Source: an uncultured Bacteroides sp. (GTDB taxonomy: Bacteria; Bacteroidota; Bacteroidia; Bacteroidales; Bacteroidaceae). Taken from it: DNA of 51,081 nt. A model generated the notes under the pieces. It was not told where the DNA came from and did not search any database. It saw only the letters and a list, made by a program, of their open reading frames with translations. The position numbers and the translations under genes were made by a program. Shown here piece by piece: positions 20,953 to 30,026 of this stretch. The stretch covers positions 6,258-57,338 of the forward strand of contig CAZFXK010000004.1 in the NCBI GenBank assembly GCA_964522975.1, read 5' to 3'. Position 1 is the first letter of the stretch; every line of letters starts with the position of its first letter.

Positions 20953-21609
20953 TTATTTCATTCTCTCTTTAATCTCCATCATCTGCCTAATATTCATCTC
21001 AGTAAAATCCGGAAAGGTAGCCACTGCCAATCCTTCCATCATTCGTTCGGGTAACGTTGTCGTAATTCCAACAACCCAAGCTCCGGAAGCTGCTCCTGCC
21101 TTTAACCCCATTAAAGAATCCTCAAAAACAAAAGTATTTCTTGGTTTCGTATTGAAATGAGCCATACCTTTTAAATAGCAATCCGGATCGGGTTTAGACT
21201 TACTAAAATCTTCTGCCGTAAAAATAGCATCAAAAAAAGTAGGTAATTGTGGATGAGCTCTATAAACATGACTCATTTTCTGCTCATTCGAACTGGTCAC
21301 TATTGCACTAGGAACATTATACTTTTTTAATTCAATAAGGAAATCCTCCACACCTTCAATAAAATCATAACTCATGGCTTCTTCAAAGTCATCTAAATCT
21401 TTTTCTATCTGAGGTAACATCTCCGGTATGGAATGAAAATATCTTTCGAATATCTGTTTCAATGTAGTTCCTTTAATCAAACGGCCAAACTCCTTTTTAT
21501 TTAAGTACCGTTCTCCTGTTGCATCCCAAAATTGAGTATACTGCGATTCAGTATCTATAACAACACCATCTAAATCGAATAAAACCGTCAAATTCTTTAA
21601 TTCACCCAT
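20953..21609 (-). CDS. HAD family phosphatase (beta-PGM-like)
   Basis: 'FDLDGVVIDTE', 'VTSS', 'KPDPD', 'VFEDS..G'. Confidence 0.9.
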   Translation of the reverse strand: MGELKNLTVLFDLDGVVIDTESQYTQFWDATGERYLNKKEFGRLIKGTTLKQIFERYFHSIPEMLPQIEKDLDDFEEAMSYDFIEGVEDFLIELKKYNVPSAIVTSSNEQKMSHVYRAHPQLPTFFDAIFTAEDFSKSKPDPDCYLKGMAHFNTKPRNTFVFEDSLMGLKAGAASGAWVVGITTTLPERMMEGLAVATFPDFTEMNIRQMMEIKERMK

Positions 21610-21732
21610 CTTCTATTATTTATCTCTTATTAATCGTATTTTTCTTATACCTCAAAGATGTCGACAATCATTGAATGAAACAAATTATTATTACCTTTGC
21701 TTATCAAAATAAAAAAACGTTCTTTTTAAGCT

Positions 21733-23091
21733 ATGCCAACAAATAATCCATCCATATTAGGGAGAGCTCCTTTAGGGAAATTACTGATCCAATATTCCAT
21801 ACCCGCCATTATCGGCATGACGCTAACTTCTCTATATAACATCATTGATAGTATTTTCATAGGACACGGGGTTGGAGCAATGGCCATCTCAGGACTAGCC
21901 ATCACATTTCCTTTCATGAATTTAGTAACCGCTTTTGGCGTTTTGGTTTCAGCCGGAGGGTCAACCATATCATCCATTCGTTTGGGGCAACGAGACCCCG
22001 AATCGGCAACTAAAGTCCTGAACAACACATTAATGCTTTGCTTGATTAATGCCGTACTTTTTGGGGGTATATCACATCTATTCATGGATTATATTCTGGT
22101 ATTCTTTGGTGCAAGTGAACACACACTACCCTATGCTAGAGATTTCATGAATGTTATTCTTTTAGGAACCCCCATCTCATATACCATGATTGCATTAAAT
22201 AATGTAATGCGAGCAACCGGATACCCCAAAAAAGCAATGCTCACCTCAATGGTAACCATAGTTTGTAATGTAATTCTAGCTCCCATTTTCATTTTCAAGT
22301 TACATTGGGGCATTGAAGGAGCAGCTCTTGCCACTGTTATTTCGCAATTCATCGGAATGTGCTGGGTGGTTAACCATTTCAGGAATCCCAAAAGTTATAT
22401 CCACTTCAAAGCTCCTGTTTGGAAAATGGAAATACCCATCATTAAAAACATTTTTTCCATTGGAATGGCCCCCTTTTTAATGAATGTGTGCTCCTGTATA
22501 ATTGTTATATTCATAAATAACAGCTTACAACGTCATGGAGGAGATTTAGCCATAGGAGCTTACGGCATTATAAACCGTTTAAGCACCCTCTATGTAATGA
22601 TTGTAATAGGATTAACCATGGGTATGCAACCCATAATTGGATATAATTTTGGAGCAATGAGATACGACAGAGTGAAAAAGACATTGAGACTGGGACTTAT
22701 AACAGCAACGGCAATTACAACCAGTGGGTTTATCATCTCTGAGGTTTTTCCACAAGCTATAGCCTCTTTATTTACAAGTGAAACAGTTCTTATTGACATG
22801 GCTGTAGCCGGATTACGCATATCCATCGCCATGTTCCCAGTCATTGGAATACAAATTGTAATTACCAATTTTTTTCAAAGTATTGGTAAAGCCAAAATCA
22901 GTGTTTTCTTGTCTCTTTCCCGACAGCTCTTATTTTTATTACCCGGCTTAATTATTTTTCCACGCTATTGGGGCATTACAGGAGTGTGGCTCAGCATGTC
23001 GGTTTCCGATTTCTTTGCATCGGCTACTGCAATAGCTATGCTACTATACTTAATACATAAAATAGAAAAGAAGAAAACGCTACAAATATAA
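21733..23091 (+). CDS. MATE family efflux transporter
   Basis: 12 TM; 'LYNIIDSIFIG', 'RATG.PK', 'NVILAPIFIF', 'QPIIGYNFGA'; -7 box TAccTTTG at 21692-21699. Confidence 0.92.
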   Translation: MPTNNPSILGRAPLGKLLIQYSIPAIIGMTLTSLYNIIDSIFIGHGVGAMAISGLAITFPFMNLVTAFGVLVSAGGSTISSIRLGQRDPESATKVLNNTLMLCLINAVLFGGISHLFMDYILVFFGASEHTLPYARDFMNVILLGTPISYTMIALNNVMRATGYPKKAMLTSMVTIVCNVILAPIFIFKLHWGIEGAALATVISQFIGMCWVVNHFRNPKSYIHFKAPVWKMEIPIIKNIFSIGMAPFLMNVCSCIIVIFINNSLQRHGGDLAIGAYGIINRLSTLYVMIVIGLTMGMQPIIGYNFGAMRYDRVKKTLRLGLITATAITTSGFIISEVFPQAIASLFTSETVLIDMAVAGLRISIAMFPVIGIQIVITNFFQSIGKAKISVFLSLSRQLLFLLPGLIIFPRYWGITGVWLSMSVSDFFASATAIAMLLYLIHKIEKKKTLQI

Positions 23092-23196
23092 GATGAAAAG
23101 AAAGTGAAAAATGAAGATGCATTTTTACAAAAATTAAAACAGAATACTTAATTTTATAGCGTAAAACAGTTTTAATCTTAAAATAAATTCAAGTTA

Positions 23197-24684
23197 ATGA
23201 TATTTTCTTCAGAAAACATACTACTCATAGGATCCATATTGCTCTTTGTAAGCATAGTCGTTAGCAAAACAGGCTCTCGTTTTGGCATACCCACCCTTCT
23301 TCTTTTTCTCTTTGTGGGTATGTTGTTTGGTTCGGATGGTTTAGGTATTCAGTTTCACGATATGGCCGATGCTCAATTCATTGGAATGACGGCATTAATT
23401 GTTATACTTTTCTCCGGCGGAATGGATACTAAAATAGAAGAAATCAGACCAGTATGGAAACAAGGAGTCATACTCTCAACTTTAGGCGTCCTCTTAACGG
23501 CTTTACTCACCGGACTTTTTATTTGGTTCTTATTCGGTATGAGCTGGAGCAACATAGCCCTACCTTTAACCACCTCCTTACTGTTAGCTTCTACCATGTC
23601 ATCTACAGACTCAGCTTCTGTGTTTGCCATCCTGCGCTCGCAAAAAATGAATCTAAAATACAACCTCCGTCCCATGCTGGAACTGGAAAGTGGTAGTAAT
23701 GACCCCATGGCATATATGTTAACCATTGCTTTAATACAGTTTATTCAAAATACAGGTGATGGGGGTATCTGGGGAGTAATCCTTGCTTTATGCATTCAAT
23801 TCATTGTAGGTCTCCTTATTGGTTTTTTAATGGGTCAAGGCATCGTTCTTCTTGTCAATAAATTAAACATTGGGAATCAGTCTTTGTACCCTATTCTGGT
23901 ACTTTCATTAGCTTTCTTCACTTTCTCAATAACCGATGTACTCCATGGAAACGGCTACCTCGCCGTTTACATAACAGGTATCATTGTAGGAAACAAGAAA
24001 ATTATGTATCGCCGTGAGATAGCCCGCTTTGTAGATGGCTTTAACTGGTTATTTCAAATCATACTCTTCTTAACGTTAGGACTGCTAATCAATCCCGGTG
24101 AGTTAATAGACATAGCTGTTGTAGGCTTATTGATTTCTTTATTCATGCTTTTCTTAGGGCGCCCCATAAGTGTAATGATTTGCTTATTACCCTTCAGAAA
24201 GATTCCAATCAATGCCAAGCATTTTGTATCGTGGGTGGGATTAAGAGGTGCAGTACCCATAATCTTTGCCACTTACCCTGTAATAGCAGGCATAGAAGGG
24301 TCGAATGTTATTTTCAACATTGTATTCTTTATTACCCTAGTATCATTAATCGTACAAGGTAGTAGCATACCCTTCATAGCCCGTTTCTTAAAGCTTTCAA
24401 CTCCTTTGGAAGAAACCGGGAACACTTTTGGAGTAGAACTACCCGATGAATTGGAAACGGATTTATCTGATTTGGTGATTACTGAAACTATTTTATCAGA
24501 AAAAGGAAACACATTAAAAGATATGAACCTTCCCAAAGGCACCCTAGTAATGATGGTTAAACGTGGCGATCAATTTTTGATTCCTGATGGAAAGCTGGAA
24601 CTTCAAGTAGATGATAAACTTCTATTAATTTCAGAAAAAAGAGAAGTACCCCCTTCTTCTATTCAAATAGAAACAAATTCTTAA
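23197..24684 (+). CDS. cvrA: Potassium/proton antiporter (CvrA/NhaP2) with TrkA-C domain
   Basis: 'SSTDSASVF', 'LELESGSNDPMA', 'WVGLRGAVPI', C-terminal TrkA_C-like domain. Confidence 0.88.
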   Translation: MIFSSENILLIGSILLFVSIVVSKTGSRFGIPTLLLFLFVGMLFGSDGLGIQFHDMADAQFIGMTALIVILFSGGMDTKIEEIRPVWKQGVILSTLGVLLTALLTGLFIWFLFGMSWSNIALPLTTSLLLASTMSSTDSASVFAILRSQKMNLKYNLRPMLELESGSNDPMAYMLTIALIQFIQNTGDGGIWGVILALCIQFIVGLLIGFLMGQGIVLLVNKLNIGNQSLYPILVLSLAFFTFSITDVLHGNGYLAVYITGIIVGNKKIMYRREIARFVDGFNWLFQIILFLTLGLLINPGELIDIAVVGLLISLFMLFLGRPISVMICLLPFRKIPINAKHFVSWVGLRGAVPIIFATYPVIAGIEGSNVIFNIVFFITLVSLIVQGSSIPFIARFLKLSTPLEETGNTFGVELPDELETDLSDLVITETILSEKGNTLKDMNLPKGTLVMMVKRGDQFLIPDGKLELQVDDKLLLISEKREVPPSSIQIETNS

Positions 24685-24781
24685 AACAAAGCAATAAAGA
24701 GTTTTTATAAGTTAATATGAAAATAAATTAGCTATCTAAATCTTAAATCATGTTATTAAACATACGTTTTTAAGCCGATTA

Positions 24782-24813
24782 TTTGGATAAAAAAGAGTAA
24801 TCGCTTACATTTG
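24782..24813 (+). promoter_or_regulatory. Bacteroides -33/-7 promoter of sRNA copy 1
   Basis: TTTG (24782-24785), 20-nt spacer, TAcaTTTG (24806-24813). Confidence 0.75.
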
Positions 24814-24817
24814 CAAT

Positions 24818-24887
24818 GTGTTTTTCATAGTATTAGATTTAAGGTTAACAAAAGATTGGAACAAAGCGTTGTTCCAATTTTTATTTT
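24818..24887 (+). ncRNA. Paralogous small RNA copy 1 (FopS-like candidate)
   Basis: Promoter, core GTGTTTTTCATAGTATTAGATTTAAGGTTAA, hairpin ATTGGAACA/TGTTCCAAT plus U-tract; no sense ORF; two more copies in the window. Confidence 0.75.
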
Positions 24888-24916
24888 AAACCGATTTCTC
24901 CATCCATTAAAGCCCA

Positions 24917-26260
24917 CTAATCCATATTCCTCCTATAAGGTATACTTCTAGATTTAGTACTTGCCAACGTATTAATATCAATACGAAACAGCCTTTGGGA
25001 CGGAGCAGAGATTATCCCTCCCGGCAACTCTATCGGCCCTACTACATTAACTTCAGAGTTGGATCCAAACACTTTTCCTCCAATAATATATAAATAGTTT
25101 CCTTTACAAACCATTTCACTATATATTAAACCTAAATCTAATCTATAACTATGCATCTCTTTAGACTCAAGATTATAGGCAAGTAGTGTAAATCCTTCAA
25201 AGATGTAGATCGTTTTATTTTCCACACTATATGCTAAAGCAGGTCTTTCCAGTCCAAAAGGTAATACCGCCTCCGTACGGTGGGCTCTTGTTAAAGGATG
25301 ATACACATTGATATAAGGTACAGCCACATTATTATTAAATCCACCTATTTGATACAAAAGACTATCTACAACTATAGCTGTAGTTTCATAAGCATAAGGA
25401 ATACTCTCCATTTCATACCAGTATCCGGTTTTCAAATCAAATAAATGCACCTGATTAGTATGTATACTTTTCTTCTGGTATTTCTTGGTTGAACCATTCA
25501 TTACAATGATAGCATCATTATATAGCCCGGAAGCAAAATTCACGGCTTGATGAGGATTGCTCTTACTTGAAATAAGAAGCTCTTGTTTAATATCATAAAT
25601 CTCAACAATATCATTTAAATATTCTTTCATTGGATTTTTCCCAAGCCGTTTTCCCCCTAAGACATAAATCTTCCCATTGGCATAATGTACGTTATGATAA
25701 GCTCTACTTGAAAACTTGGTGTCAGCTATGCTCCATCGATCATTCTTTATATCGTAAATTTGAAGCTTACTACTGTTATGTTCATACAGATATTTTGAAT
25801 ACCTTTCATCTTTTATGGTAGCATCACCACCTATAACATAAATACTATCACCCACTAATGTAGCTCCAAAAGCAAAAACCCCATACATTAAAGGAGCCAT
25901 TTCGTCAAAATCCACACTTTCATATTTTACCCTCTCCTTTGACACCCGAAGCTCTTCTATAGGATAACTTTTTGGAATCAGATAAATTGTATCCTCTTTC
26001 CCTATCTTCTTTCCCAATAACTGCTTAGTTTCATACCCGATATGGCTTAGGACTATCGTATCAGAGTCCAACAACACCCCCAGATTATCAAGATAAAATA
26101 ATCCCTCCTCATCGGTTATTGTTGATTTGGATGCTACAATATTGACCCCTACAAGCGGACTATTATTCTTCTTGTCGACAACACGTATTTTAGTTTGAGC
26201 TTGAAGTAATCCCCAAATAGACCCTAACACGCATAAACAAAGGAATCTTTTAAAGAACAT
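24917..26260 (-). CDS. Secreted Kelch-repeat protein with N-terminal CarboxypepD_reg-like domain
   Basis: Signal peptide; 'VVDKKNNSPLVGVNI...SHIGYET'; repeated 'IYVIGG', 'IYVLGG', 'LYQIGG', 'LYIIGG' Kelch blades. Confidence 0.85.
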   Translation of the reverse strand: MFFKRFLCLCVLGSIWGLLQAQTKIRVVDKKNNSPLVGVNIVASKSTITDEEGLFYLDNLGVLLDSDTIVLSHIGYETKQLLGKKIGKEDTIYLIPKSYPIEELRVSKERVKYESVDFDEMAPLMYGVFAFGATLVGDSIYVIGGDATIKDERYSKYLYEHNSSKLQIYDIKNDRWSIADTKFSSRAYHNVHYANGKIYVLGGKRLGKNPMKEYLNDIVEIYDIKQELLISSKSNPHQAVNFASGLYNDAIIVMNGSTKKYQKKSIHTNQVHLFDLKTGYWYEMESIPYAYETTAIVVDSLLYQIGGFNNNVAVPYINVYHPLTRAHRTEAVLPFGLERPALAYSVENKTIYIFEGFTLLAYNLESKEMHSYRLDLGLIYSEMVCKGNYLYIIGGKVFGSNSEVNVVGPIELPGGIISAPSQRLFRIDINTLASTKSRSIPYRRNMD

Positions 26261-26669
26261 AAACAGAACTGTTTTAATAAGTTAGACAAAGAAAAGTGTA
26301 ATAACTAAATTTATAAAATAATATACAATTAAACACAGAAAACAGATTAGAAATTAAAATAGATAAACATAACTGACTCTTCAATTTGAACTTCGATCTT
26401 TTAGTTTGAGTTGGTATCTAAAAGAATCTATTCAACAATACATAGTCACTATCATCCTTTCTAATTTTCACCATAAAGACTACATTTAGAGTATAAAAGT
26501 TAAGAAAACTGTTAATCAATACGCTATTTTTAATACTTAACCCAAAATACACAGATTCAACTTGCTGAAAAGACAACTACATACTGATTTAAAATTAAAA
26601 TATGTTAGATATCTCAATAGAGAAAGGGAATAATTGGATTAACGTACAATATCAACTTATCTTTGAGTA

Positions 26670-26742
26670 TGTATTTTCATAGTATTAGATTTAAGGTTAA
26701 TAGGAAGTCGGGGCAAAGTGTTGGTCCGACTTCTTTAATTTT
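26670..26742 (+). ncRNA. Paralogous small RNA copy 2 (FopS-like candidate)
   Basis: TAtcTTTG at 26658-26665; core GTATTTTCATAGTATTAGATTTAAGGTTAA; hairpin GAAGTCGG/CCGACTTC plus T-rich tail. Confidence 0.75.
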
Positions 26743-26812
26743 AAATTCTCTGAATACGGAATAAAGTCCCCTTTTTCATATCTTTGTGTAAATCCATAGA
26801 AGAGATTGACAC

Positions 26813-29800
26813 ATGAAATTACTTGTATATAAAGCTTCAGCCGGTTCAGGCAAGACCTTTACCCTTACTGTAGAATATATTGCTAAACTGATCTACAATC
26901 CGCGTTCGTACAGACACATCTTAGCTGTAACCTTTACTAATAAAGCTACAACAGAGATGAAAGAACGGATATTAAGTCAGCTTTATGGCATATGGCAAAA
27001 AGAGACTGAATCAGAAGCCTATCTGAAAGAAATCAAAAAAAGAGTCGCTCTATCAGACGAAGAAATACGAGTCCGTGCAGGAGAGGCTCTTTTTAACATT
27101 ATCCACGATTACAACTACTTTAGAGTAGAAACCATTGACTCTTTCTTCCAATCGGTAATGCGAAACTTGGCCAGAGAGCTAGGCCTGAATCTGAATTTAA
27201 ATGTAGAATTAAATAATGATGAAGTGCTAAGTGAGTCGGTAGATAGCTTGATAGAAAACCTAACACCTACTTCACAAGTGCTTTTCTGGCTATTGGAGTA
27301 TATTGAAGAAAAGATTCAAGATGAGCGCAATTGGAATGTAGCAAATGAAATTAAATCTTTTGGACGCAATATCTTTGATGAGAAATATATAGAAAAGGGG
27401 AAGGACTTGAGAAGAAACATGAAAAACCCACACTATATTTCCACCTATAAAAAAGAAATTCAAGCCATCCAGAAAGAAGCATTAGAGCAAATGAAAGGTT
27501 TTTACGACCAATTCCATTCCCTGTTAAGTGAAAAGGGATTAACGGTAGACGATTTAGCCTATAAATCTACAGGAGTGGCTAGCTATTTCAACAAACTCAA
27601 TGAGGGCTATTTACGTGACGATGCTTTTAATGCAAGGGCTCAAAAAAGCCATGATGATGCTGAAGCTTGGTGCAGTAAAAGCTCACCACAAAAAGAGCTT
27701 ATTATTTCTTTAGCCTCATCGGAACTACAACCTTTGCTACAAACTGCAGAAAAATACAGAAAAAACAATAATAAGATTGTACAAAGCTGCTTTCTCTCAT
27801 TAGCTCACCTAAACCAGCTACAACTATTAAACTCCATAAGCGAAGAGGTACAACATCAAAACCGGGAGAATAATCGTTTTTTATTAGCCGAGACTAACAC
27901 CCTATTACATGACATCATTCAGGAAGATGATTCTTCTTTTGTTTTTGAAAAAATTGGCTCTAATATCCAGCACGTTATGATTGATGAGTTTCAAGACACA
28001 AGTAGAATGCAATGGGAAAACTTTAAGATATTACTTTTGGAAGGTTTATCACAAGGGAAAGACAGCTTGATTGTAGGGGATGTTAAACAATCCATCTATC
28101 GTTGGCGTAATGGAGATTGGAGCATATTAAACAACTTAGGAAAAAAAACTATTTTTCCTTATCCGATACAAGTAGAGACATTAAAAACCAATCGTCGGAG
28201 TGAAAGCAACATTATTTCATTTAACAACCATTTCTTTAGAGGAGCTGTTAAGTATCTAAATGACAAAGATAAAGAGGAGTCAAAAAAAGATTGTGAAGAG
28301 CTGATACAAGCCTATAGTGACGTAGAACAAGAGTCACCTAAAGAGACTAAGAAAGGATATATAAAGGTCTCTTTAATTAACACCAAAGAGAGTGAATACG
28401 CATATGAAGAGGTTACTTTAATGCAAATGAAAGAACAGATTGATACATTAATCAAGCAAGGAGTGGTGCAGAAAGATATTGCTATCCTGGTTAGAAAAAA
28501 CAAAACCATTCCCATTATTGCTGATTATTTTCAAAAAGAAACAAACTACACCATTGTTTCTGACGAAGCATTTCAACTTCGCTCCTCTGATACCATAAAC
28601 CTGTTAATGGATGCCATACAGTATTTGAATAATCCGGATAATGCCATCATACAAGCCCAACTGGTAGCTACTTATCAACATAAAGTAAAACAAAACAAGG
28701 CCGATCTAAGTACACTTCTGAATTCTGACCTTCATACCTATCTTCCCGATAGCTTTTTAGAGAGTTATAATGACTTGAAACTAATGCCTCTTTATGAACT
28801 TCTGGAACAACTCTACATACTCTTTGAATTAAATGAAATAAAACATCAGGATGCTTATTTATTTACATTCTTCGATGCAGTTAACCACTACTTGGAATCA
28901 CACTCTTCAGATTTAGGATCCTTTATAAAATATTGGGAAGAGAGTCTTTCAACCCAAACAATTCCCGGTGGAGATATGGAAGGTATACGTATTTTATCTA
29001 TTCATAAAGCTAAAGGCTTGGAATACCATACGGTATTAATTCCTTTCTGCGACTGGAATCTGGAAGTAGAAACACAAGTAGGGAATTTAGTATGGTGCAC
29101 TCCCAACACATCTCCATTCAATAAGCTAAGTATTGTTCCCATAAATTATTCCAGCCGTATGAATGAGTCCATTTATCAAGATGATTATCTAAATGAACGG
29201 CTCCATCTATGGATAGATAATTTAAACATTCTGTATGTAGCATTTACACGTGCAGAGAAAAATTTAATTGTATGGGGACAGCAGAATAAAAAAAATACGG
29301 TTTCAGAACTTCTTATGGAAACTCTTCCTACACTCCATCTTACTACTGGAACGTGGAATGAGGAAGACGGAATGTATGAGTTTGGCAATCTTTGTCCTTC
29401 AGAGCCGAAGAAAGTAAAAACAGAATCCAGAAATCCAATTACCTATCCTAAAGAACCCATAACGTTAACCATGCAATCCATTCCTCCCGACATTGAATTC
29501 AGACAATCTAATCGTTCTGCAGACTTCATTCAAGAGGCAGGGGGTGAAACAGAACTTTCGTCACGTTTTATTGACAGAGGACAGCTATTACACACTCTCT
29601 TTTCAGAGATCAAGACTCTGGAAGACATTGAACCAGCCATAGAACGATTGCTTTTTGAAGGTATCATAGAAAGCATTGAAGAGGAAAAAGAAATCAGGAC
29701 ATTAACTCAAGAGGCATTCACAGATCCACAAGTCAAAGAGTGGTTTTCCGATCAATGGAAAATTCTAAATGAAGCCGCCATACTTTTCAAGAAACAAGGA

Positions 29801-30001
29801 GTTTATCACCAACGTCGTCCAGACCGAGTCATGATTGGCAAGGATAAAGTCATAATTGTAGACTTTAAATTTGGACAACCTCATAAACGCTATAACCAGC
29901 AAATCAAAGAGTACATCCATCTTCTTATGACTATGGGTTATACATCTGTGGAAGGATACTTATGGTATGTAATGAACCAAGAGATAGAACAAGTACAATA
30001 A
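26813..30001 (+). CDS. addA: UvrD-family helicase/nuclease (AddA-like)
   Basis: 'ASAGSGKT', 'VTFTNKA', 'IDEFQD', 'VGDVKQSIYRWR', 'SIHKAKGLE', 'YVAFTRA', C-terminal PD-(D/E)XK 'RPDR..IVDFK'. Confidence 0.85.
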   Translation: MKLLVYKASAGSGKTFTLTVEYIAKLIYNPRSYRHILAVTFTNKATTEMKERILSQLYGIWQKETESEAYLKEIKKRVALSDEEIRVRAGEALFNIIHDYNYFRVETIDSFFQSVMRNLARELGLNLNLNVELNNDEVLSESVDSLIENLTPTSQVLFWLLEYIEEKIQDERNWNVANEIKSFGRNIFDEKYIEKGKDLRRNMKNPHYISTYKKEIQAIQKEALEQMKGFYDQFHSLLSEKGLTVDDLAYKSTGVASYFNKLNEGYLRDDAFNARAQKSHDDAEAWCSKSSPQKELIISLASSELQPLLQTAEKYRKNNNKIVQSCFLSLAHLNQLQLLNSISEEVQHQNRENNRFLLAETNTLLHDIIQEDDSSFVFEKIGSNIQHVMIDEFQDTSRMQWENFKILLLEGLSQGKDSLIVGDVKQSIYRWRNGDWSILNNLGKKTIFPYPIQVETLKTNRRSESNIISFNNHFFRGAVKYLNDKDKEESKKDCEELIQAYSDVEQESPKETKKGYIKVSLINTKESEYAYEEVTLMQMKEQIDTLIKQGVVQKDIAILVRKNKTIPIIADYFQKETNYTIVSDEAFQLRSSDTINLLMDAIQYLNNPDNAIIQAQLVATYQHKVKQNKADLSTLLNSDLHTYLPDSFLESYNDLKLMPLYELLEQLYILFELNEIKHQDAYLFTFFDAVNHYLESHSSDLGSFIKYWEESLSTQTIPGGDMEGIRILSIHKAKGLEYHTVLIPFCDWNLEVETQVGNLVWCTPNTSPFNKLSIVPINYSSRMNESIYQDDYLNERLHLWIDNLNILYVAFTRAEKNLIVWGQQNKKNTVSELLMETLPTLHLTTGTWNEEDGMYEFGNLCPSEPKKVKTESRNPITYPKEPITLTMQSIPPDIEFRQSNRSADFIQEAGGETELSSRFIDRGQLLHTLFSEIKTLEDIEPAIERLLFEGIIESIEEEKEIRTLTQEAFTDPQVKEWFSDQWKILNEAAILFKKQGVYHQRRPDRVMIGKDKVIIVDFKFGQPHKRYNQQIKEYIHLLMTMGYTSVEGYLWYVMNQEIEQVQ

Positions 30002-30026
30002 CAAATTACAGTAGCAAATAAATAAT

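Noticed and set aside
21726-24542. Several 70-120 aa ORFs overlapping the MATE and cvrA genes
   Set aside because: Antisense or alternate-frame shadows of well-supported membrane-protein genes
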